Shown piece after piece: positions 55,758 to 64,000 of a stretch of DNA of 64,000 nt (position 1 is the first letter of the stretch; every line of letters begins with the position of its first letter). Below the pieces are notes generated by a model that did not search any database, was not told where the DNA came from, and saw only the letters and a program-made list of their open reading frames with translations. The DNA comes from Octopus vulgaris (lineage: Eukaryota): assembly GCA_951406725.2 (NCBI GenBank), contig OX597821.1, positions 28,024,001-28,088,000 of the forward strand, in the 5' to 3' direction. The translations under genes were made by a program, and so were the position numbers.

Positions 55758-55986
55758 CGCATATATTTGTTCTGACCCGTTTGAGGGGATTGTAATGGAT
55801 TCGTAACTATTCGGCGGTACAGAGGTATTTTTCGACTTCTATCATTGGCGATATAGGTACTTATGTAGTACCCTTATGTATATATATGTACATATCTAAT
55901 ATTGTATGTATATATTTTATTAATTTGCCTGTACGGCTAATAATTCACGTACCACTTGTGATGGTATTTTAATAATACCATCCCTA

Positions 55987-56036
<50 letters not shown>

Positions 56037-56832
56037 CATATAATAATGAAGGCGGGTATAAGCAATATAAAACAAAAGACGAAAAGTTCAGGCACTAAAT
56101 GTGACTGACGTTGCAGGGTAACATCTACATTGCGAGAAATAAGAGCTAAGTACCTTCAGTAAAAAAGCAAAGAATCACAAGGGTTGTAATATGCGAAATG
56201 AGTGTATGAGTATATATCTGTGTGTATATACTGGCATGTATTCAGGTGTATGTGTATGAGTGTTAAACGACTTAGCTTCACGAAAAAACATTCTTGAAGA
56301 GGACTGTTCCCATCTTATGCAATTTCTTTGATGTCTGACAAAACCAATACAGGAGAGAAAACCGGTTACAGCTGCGGCAAGGAAAATGCTTTTATGAATT
56401 TCTATCACGTTTTTTCCCGAAATCACCGTTTTCTTAGAAAGCAACCAAAGAATTCTCTATGAAGGAGAGAATGGTACGTCGCCAAAGCTCATGAGATTAC
56501 AAGGAGAAAATAACAATAGTCAATATGAAATGTGTATGTATAGATTTTTAGGTCTTTCTGGAGAAATAGGCAGTGAACAAGTGTTTGCCGTTAATAATCT
56601 CTAAATTATATAACATCATTTTAAAATGATTTATGTCTAGAAGCATTTCAATGATAAGCCTGAATAATACTTAGGATAAAGGAATAAATATACCTCGTTA
56701 CATGAAATGTAATTGAGGCTAAACAGACAACAAGCGAGAATATATTAGATCCTAGGAACGAAAATATTTAGAAAAGTAATCGCGGAAAGTTAGCGCCAAA
56801 ACTCATCCAATGCCTGATATACATACACATAT

Positions 56833-56868
<36 letters not shown>

Positions 56869-57239
56869 TTATAGTTTTAATATAAAACTTTTTCATTGAT
56901 CTCGCTTCCGTTTATGTCTAGGTGTATCAGACGAATATACAGGCATTGATGTAGCGGATATTTTACATTTCGTCTTAGGTGAACCTAGCTGAAGAAAACT
57001 AACCAAATTTACGATAATAAACACACTCTAGAAAGCCAGAAAATTGAGTACTATGTTATCCGTTCTAAAATATCCATTTCTCCAGCGTCATACCTAGAGG
57101 AAATATTAAATGTTTTTATGTTCGCGGTCCGCACACATCTTTGCCTCTATATATTCAGTGAAACTTTACACAGCCTCGTACGGTTATCAACTACTATTTC
57201 CATCAAAGATTGGTGCCTTGCTGTGCCACTATGTGCCAC

Positions 57240-57732
<493 letters not shown>

Positions 57733-57796
57733 CTGTGCTTTACTGTGGAAAATAACACTATTCTATTGTGATAATATTTATATGTATATATATATT

Positions 57797-57950
57797 GTGT
57801 GGTAAAAAGGTCGCTTCCTAACCTCATGTTTCCGGTCTGAGTCCCACTACGTAGCAACTTGGTAAAGGGTCTGCTACTATTGCCATGGTCCGATCAAAAC
57901 ATTGTGAGTGGATTTGATTTAGACAGAAACTGAGAAACGCCTATCGCATA
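57797..57950 (+). mobile_element. SINE family A 5' half, decayed
   Basis: tgtgtggtaa...gtcccact.cgt.gca.cttgg...ttgtgagtggatttg...gaaactga blocks. Confidence 0.75.
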
Positions 57951-58469
57951 TATATATATATATATATGCATACACATATAGACACATGCACACACACACA
58001 TGCGCACACATACGCACGCACACACGCACACTCAGAACCCCACGCATACACGTATATACATCCATATACGCACACATACTCACGCACATACATACACGTG
58101 TACACACGCACATACACTCACACGCACACACGTGTATATACACAGGCACACACACACATTCATGCATACATACACACACACTGCAAGCAAAAGCACACAC
58201 ACCTTACATATAGATACACACGCACACATACTTCAAACTATCTGTACCTTCTACTGACCTTCTCCTACGCATAAGTGTAGGTAGACACACAACAGGCAAC
58301 CACTCCTATCAAAATTGTTACTCTAAATTCTTCCTCTGACCTTAAAGGATACTAAGCCCAGACACTCACATAGATAAACAGCAACAACCACATACAGACA
58401 TACACACACACACGCGCTATCATTACATGCACACTGACCTACGCGCGCGCACATACACACATATACCTC

Positions 58470-58740
58470 CTTCTCTTGCACTCTCCTGTCTTTGAAAGAA
58501 CTTTTTCTTCACCTATTCCCTTCCGGTCATTTCAATATATGACTGTGTATATCGTTGGCGATTTTCTTTCTCCGTCTTCCCTTCCTTGGACTTTTCCTTT
58601 TTTCTATATTTCTGCTGAAATGCTCCGCTGGAAACGGGAAATCCACCTTCTTTCTTTCCTTTCCTGAGCGTCCAATAACACTATACTTGTTTCACGTCCT
58701 CGCGTTGTTGTGTTTTCTCTTTGTTCATGTCTGGATTAAC
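58470..58740 (+). mobile_element. Probable PLE terminal-repeat remnant with decayed hammerhead (58612-58640)
   Basis: ctgctgaaatgctccgctggaaacg resembles CUGANGA-A-GAGC-loop-GCUC-GAAACG; the module ends at (TA)n(TG)n. Confidence 0.45.
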
Positions 58741-58749
58741 TATATATAC

Positions 58750-58830
<81 letters not shown>

Positions 58831-58844
58831 GTGTTCGTGTGTGA

Positions 58845-58896
<52 letters not shown>

Positions 58897-58919
58897 TCCC
58901 CTTTTATAATTTTTTTTTA

Positions 58920-59275
58920 CTTTTTTCAGTCATTTAATAATGCCCATCCTAGGACAAACTTTTAGTCAAATGAAACGACACCAAAACTCTTTCTATCACT
59001 CTCTTTAACCGATTCGCTAAGTTACAATAGCGTAAACACACCAACACCGTTCGGCAAGCGGCGGTCGTGGTGGACAGACACAAAGACACACACACGCACG
59101 TGCATACACACATGCGCACATACACACATACATACAGACACACACACTCTTAAATAAGGACAGGACAGGCCTTGGTCGATCCGAGGATATAGTAGAAAAA
59201 TCTGCTCACAGTTCCATGCACTATGACAGAACACGGAACCATGTGGTTGAGAAGCAAGCTTTTACCACATAGTCT
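58920..59275 (-). mobile_element. SINE family A, decayed
   Basis: tttcagtcattt...gctaagttac...cgtaaacacaccaacacc...ggaaccatgtggttg...ttaccaca blocks. Confidence 0.8.
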
Positions 59276-60256
59276 ATGTGTGCGTAATTATACGTAGACA
59301 TACATATATATACTCCCTGACACCACACATATAAGACACACGCGCCCACACATACCTATATAAGAAACACGCAAACACACATACACACACATAGGCATAT
59401 ATACACTTTTAAATATAATTAAATATTATTCTAGTACGTATCTCGTGTTCCATAGCTTGCAAAACTATATCTTATAAGCTTTCAAATTGATCACATAAAG
59501 TTGCATAATGTTAAATAATAGTTTATTACATTGCTAATTGCCCAGTACAATCCGTAAAGTATGTGTTGCTTGAGGTGAATCGAAGAACTGAATAACGATT
59601 ATAATATATTACATCGAGAGGATATATAGGGAATTAAGAGATAATTATCAATGAAACGGTTTGATAGGTTCCCTGCAATAAATAATGAAATGCTCTCGAG
59701 GTTCATTGCTGTGGTGTGATTTATTCATTCTGAATCAGAGCCTTCTTCGTTATGCGATGTGTAATCTATCTAATATTTGTAACACTCCATTAAGTATAAC
59801 GTTCATCAGAATCATTGCCCTTTATACTTTTGCTGGTAGATTCTTAAAAATCTCTGAAGTTGAAAGTAAATAAAATAAAGAAGCATGAAGTGGGCTTCGT
59901 TAATCCAAATGCACCAGTATATAGCGATTTATGACATACAACTTGATTGGTCATATCTATTAATGTATGTCTTAAAATTTTCGTAACAAATTTCCTTTCA
60001 CATTCAGCAACTTTTACTCCTCAATTTTCAAATATAATCGCTTCTTCTCTGAGTGACTTAATTATGTTGTCACTTTGACAAGAATTTCGATGAAATCTTG
60101 TCCATCTGTAGACGCATATTTCGATTGGTGAGGATCCTTTGACTCATTCAATCAGCCGAACAGCTAAATTACTGCGATGTAAACACACCAACAGCGTTTG
60201 TAAAGCAGTTGTGGTAGGCATAAACAGGCACAAAAACACGTACACAAGCTTTTATA

Positions 60257-60347
<91 letters not shown>

Positions 60348-60414
60348 TATGTACTTACATATAAGAGACCAAAGTGTACGTACGCCGCGATATATATATA
60401 TGTATAAAGGAATA

Positions 60415-60698
60415 CAAAAAATGGGACAAGAACGCAAAACATCCGGACAGATGATACAAAAAAGGGACAAAAGTTTTCTTTCGTCAGTCAAGTTACAGAT
60501 TATCTTTGCAATTTCGGCTGGTTGAGCCGAAATTGAAAGATCGCTAGCCATTACACATGCCTTATTTTCTTCCCTTGTTTCTTTCTGTGTTCCTTTCTGT
60601 TGGAGAGCGTAGGCTCGAAACGTTAAATACTTTTTCATTTCCCGATCGTTAAACTAATACATCTGTTTGTTGTCTACACCACCTGTCTTCTTCCTTTG

Positions 60699-60700
<2 letters not shown>
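60415..60700. mobile_element. Two oppositely oriented PLE-like terminal modules joined by a small hairpin (60502-60541), with decayed hammerhead at 60594-60627
   Basis: Left part matches 25325-25430 in reverse complement; right end matches 43690-43750 in reverse complement; CUGUUGGA GAGC-GUAG-GCUC GAAA CG UU motif. Confidence 0.6.
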
Positions 60701-60738
<38 letters not shown>

Positions 60739-61616
60739 TGCAGGCTCCCATTTTTTTTCTTAGCCTGTTTAGAAGAATCTAATATACTCTATGCACTTTT
60801 AGAAATATCTCGTACTAATGTTTTTCTTGCCTTTACTCTCAGTCTGATTTTCTAGCAACGTCCCTCAGTAATTTTTTTGTCTGTCCTATTGTATTTTGTC
60901 TTTAAACCATGTTGCACATTTCCAACGCCAAGTCATCAGCACTTTTGTCTACTTTACCACATATCTATTTTTCTTCTTTTTTATTTCTAATATTTTCTTT
61001 TATCTGGATTATTATAAAATCACTTTTTGCATAACCATCACGCGCACATGCCTTTTTACTATATTTACTCTTTGATCTCTCAACCGAATTCATTTACTTT
61101 CTAATATTCCTACAAGATTCTGTTCCTTCTTTTCGTTGGAATTTCCATTCCTCATGTCATCTTCCAATTTTAACGTTTAATATTTCCCTTTTTTTTCTTA
61201 ATGATTCTAACATTGATCCATATGGATGGAAATATATGCTTCTCTTCGGATTTTTAGAGATACCTTTGAAATTGCATTCATTCATCCTTCCAAGATCAAT
61301 GTCATGAATAAGAATTTAACACTGCTTTCATTTAAGTCGATTGTGTCCAACGACCAAATAACGACGGATTTAGTATTTGGAAATATTAGTTTAAAAAATA
61401 GCAAGTAATGTAAGACAAATGCAATGTCTAATCGTCTTTGGATTTCTACTGCTAACTTCTTTTAGTTCGAGTCCATCGGTTATACTATTGTACAAATATG
61501 TGACACTGAATTTGAAATGTTATACATTTACTTCTGTAACGTTTGTTGTAAACAGGAATGTTATATTGGCAATAGATATATCTTCATTGCTTAATCCGAG
61601 AATCCATATATGTATA

Positions 61617-62188
61617 TAGCATTTTGCTAAATTATTTATGAATTTTTATGGTAAATGGTCGGAGTTTGCCGATCATAAGCCGTTCGAGCAATCACCATTG
61701 ATGATAACTGTGGTAAAGGTGAAACTAGGTCTAGTCAGGTTGATCTTTGAGTCGGTCCTGGGATGGTTGTCTCCCTTCTCAGGATATGTATATATTAGCG
61801 CTCTCCTTACAGTATTAAGAGTATCTTAACTCCTATTTCTATCAATGTAGGTGATTTGGTACATTTAGTGTCACTTAGTAACGATTGAATTTATCCTTTA
61901 TGGTACCACATTGCGCTTCGCTGAAAATATTAATTTGTAGTATACGCATTAGCATTTTGCTAAATCGTTCATAAGTTTTTGTGGTAAATATATATATTCT
62001 AGCAGACGGAGTTAGAACCGTTCGAGGAGTCACCAGTGATGATACCTACGGTATAGGCGAAACTGGGCTTAGTCTGGTTGATCTGCGAGACGTTCGTCGG
62101 GCGGTTACCTCTCCTGTAAGTATATGTAAGTATCTGCGCTCTTCTTACTGTATGAAGCAAATTTTAACTCATGTTTCTAACAATGTAG
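61617..62188. repeat. Diverged tandem duplication, period about 333 bp (61617-61850 and 61950-62188)
   Basis: Shared tagcattttgctaaat, ccgttcgag...tcacca.tgatgata.ct..ggta.agg.gaaact.gg..tagtc.ggttgatct and ttaactc.t.tttcta.caatgtag. Confidence 0.88.
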
Positions 62189-62556
62189 CTGCAACAGCTC
62201 ACTTAGTCAAACTTTGTGAGGATTGTATATAAATGTATATATATATATATAATTCATTTATCGATACGGTTGTATATAAGGTATATGTGCTTGAAAGTTG
62301 TGATTTCTTTGGTTTGTTTGTTCCCAAACAATGCTTATTTTAGTGCTGTTGAAACCGCCGGATGGAATGGTATTGCCCAGGTGTCGAAACCATAATGATG
62401 TCCGTGGGGGAGGTGATGATGGAGTTACGTTAGATTGTTGGTATGGCTGTGGAAGAGTATTATTTTTTAAATTTTATTTTATCTAGTTTCAGCTCACGTG
62501 CTCTGGCCATGCTGGGGCACCGCCTTTATAACACATATTTGGTATATATATATATA

Positions 62557-63190
62557 CTAGCAGTATCACCCGGCGTTGCTCGGGTTTGTAAGGGAAATAA
62601 CTATATAAGCATTTTTAGAGAGTTATAGCCAAAAAATAGCAAAAAATGCATTAAAAATGGAAAAAATATGGTAAATTTTTTGAAAAATCGTTGACTCATC
62701 GTAGACATTTTTAGAGAGTTACTTCCCTTATATAATAGCGAAAAAATGCATTAAAATGGAAAAAAAACGATGGTAATTTTTTTTTTAAATCGTAGACTCA
62801 TGTAGACGCTTTCTTAGCCATTTCTGTTTTGGTGTCTTCAAGCCATGAAGTCATTGTTCTAAAAGAACGCTGGTCTCCTTGACAACGCATTACGACGTTG
62901 ATTTCCTTACACTCCCTTCCCCACAGGTGCAGGTGTGAGTGTGGAAGCCAACTCCGCCGCCATCGACACACGAAAAATTATGCATTAAAATGGAATAAAA
63001 AATGATGTTAAATTATTTTTAAAATCGTAGACTCATCGTAGACGCGCGCTAATACTCAAACGGGCTCGATATGAATCACGACTATAAGCTACCCGAATTT
63101 GGTTAAACTGCACCGCAAAATATGGGAGTAGTTAGGAATCTAAATTGAAGGGGACAGACACTCACACAACTACAGTTTTATATATATAGA
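62557..63190 (-). mobile_element. Non-autonomous Helitron with internal tandem repeats
   Basis: Minus strand A|TCtatatatataaaac...cccgagcaacgccggg hairpin...CTAG|T, inserted at an AT site without TSD. Internal units of about 100 bp (atgcattaaaatggaa...aaatcgt.gactcat) occur three times. Confidence 0.92.
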
Positions 63191-63199
63191 TATACATAG

Positions 63200-63467
63200 C
63201 GCAGTAGTGGTGAGATGTGACAGCAAAGAAAAGCATACATTCACTCTCTGCATGCAATTAGACTCGGAAAGTTCGTGAGGAACCCATTGACCCAATTTGC
63301 TGACTTTTCCGATAGCACACAGGTCTCAATGAATGGTTGAATGACCAAATCCAAGCTTCTCTGCTAGTTCCTCAACAGTTACGATGAGATTTTGTTCCAC
63401 CAGGGTTTTCATGATGTCCTTGTCGAGTTCTACAGATCTTTCAGGATGAGGCTCGTCTTCTAGGCTG
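63200..63467 (-). pseudogene. Mariner transposase N-terminal remnant (second mariner family)
   Basis: SLEDEPHPERSVELDKDIMKTLVEQNLIVTVEELAEKLGFGHSTIH*DLCAIGKVSKLGQWVPHELSESNCMQRV, with the WVPHEL motif. Confidence 0.9.
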
Positions 63468-63927
63468 TTCCAATATAGCTTTGAAAAAAATAGCTGTTAA
63501 AATCGAAATGCACTCTTCAAAACTTGCACTATGAATAAGGACAAGATAAAATTACTACCTACTTTTATAGCAAGTTAATATAAGTAGTTTATCCCATTCC
63601 CCTCTGACTTTTAGTTCAAGCTGTTGAAAAAACCGCATTATTATATATATATATACATACATACATACATACTTACATACATACATATACACACACACTC
63701 TCTCTCTCACACACATGCACACATTTATATTCTGTTATTCTTTTATATGTTTCAGCCTTGAGGTTGTGGCCATGCTGGATCATGTGTGTGTGTGTGTGTG
63801 TGTGTCTATCTGTCTGTCTGTCTGTATGTATATATGTATATGTATGTGTGTGAACAATAATATTTTCAACAGATGTGTTGCAAATGTATCTGATTGTTCT
63901 CAAGCTTCAATACTGTGTGTGTGTGTA

Positions 63928-63960
<33 letters not shown>

Positions 63961-64000
63961 ATGTATGTATGTATGTATGTATGTGTGTATGTATGTATGT

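Noticed and set aside
62610-63045. Repeated units with spacers, superficially CRISPR-like
   Set aside because: Units are about 100-bp degenerate tandem repeats inside a Helitron; no constant repeat with unique spacers, no cas genes, eukaryotic context.

Overview
AT-rich, microsatellite-dense eukaryotic DNA with no intact host gene that I can support. The SINE families and simple-repeat load suggest an octopod cephalopod (inference). Nearly all ORFs in the track are translations of simple repeats. The recognisable content is mobile DNA: four tRNA-head SINE families (about 25 copies or fragments), a young 5'-truncated Tx1-clade LINE inserted in (TA)n, RTE and R4/Dong LINE remnants, Penelope-like element (PLE) pieces (a GIY-YIG ORF and a Naiad-like RT remnant), mariner remnants, non-autonomous Helitrons, and a MITE family with GG-terminal TIRs, 8-bp TSDs and internal TTAGGG repeats. 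Four signals stand out. (1) At least four well-formed and three decayed type I hammerhead ribozyme motifs lie in short unrelated modules between (TA)n tracts, often with fold-back inverted repeats, suggesting a PLE/retrozyme-like system tied to microsatellites. (2) One SINE family shares its 3' tail with the Tx1 LINE. (3) Two nested, locally templated inverted duplications occur in and around a mariner element. (4) Long inverted repeats are unusually dense and would form dsRNA if transcribed. All motif calls and identity counts were made by eye.
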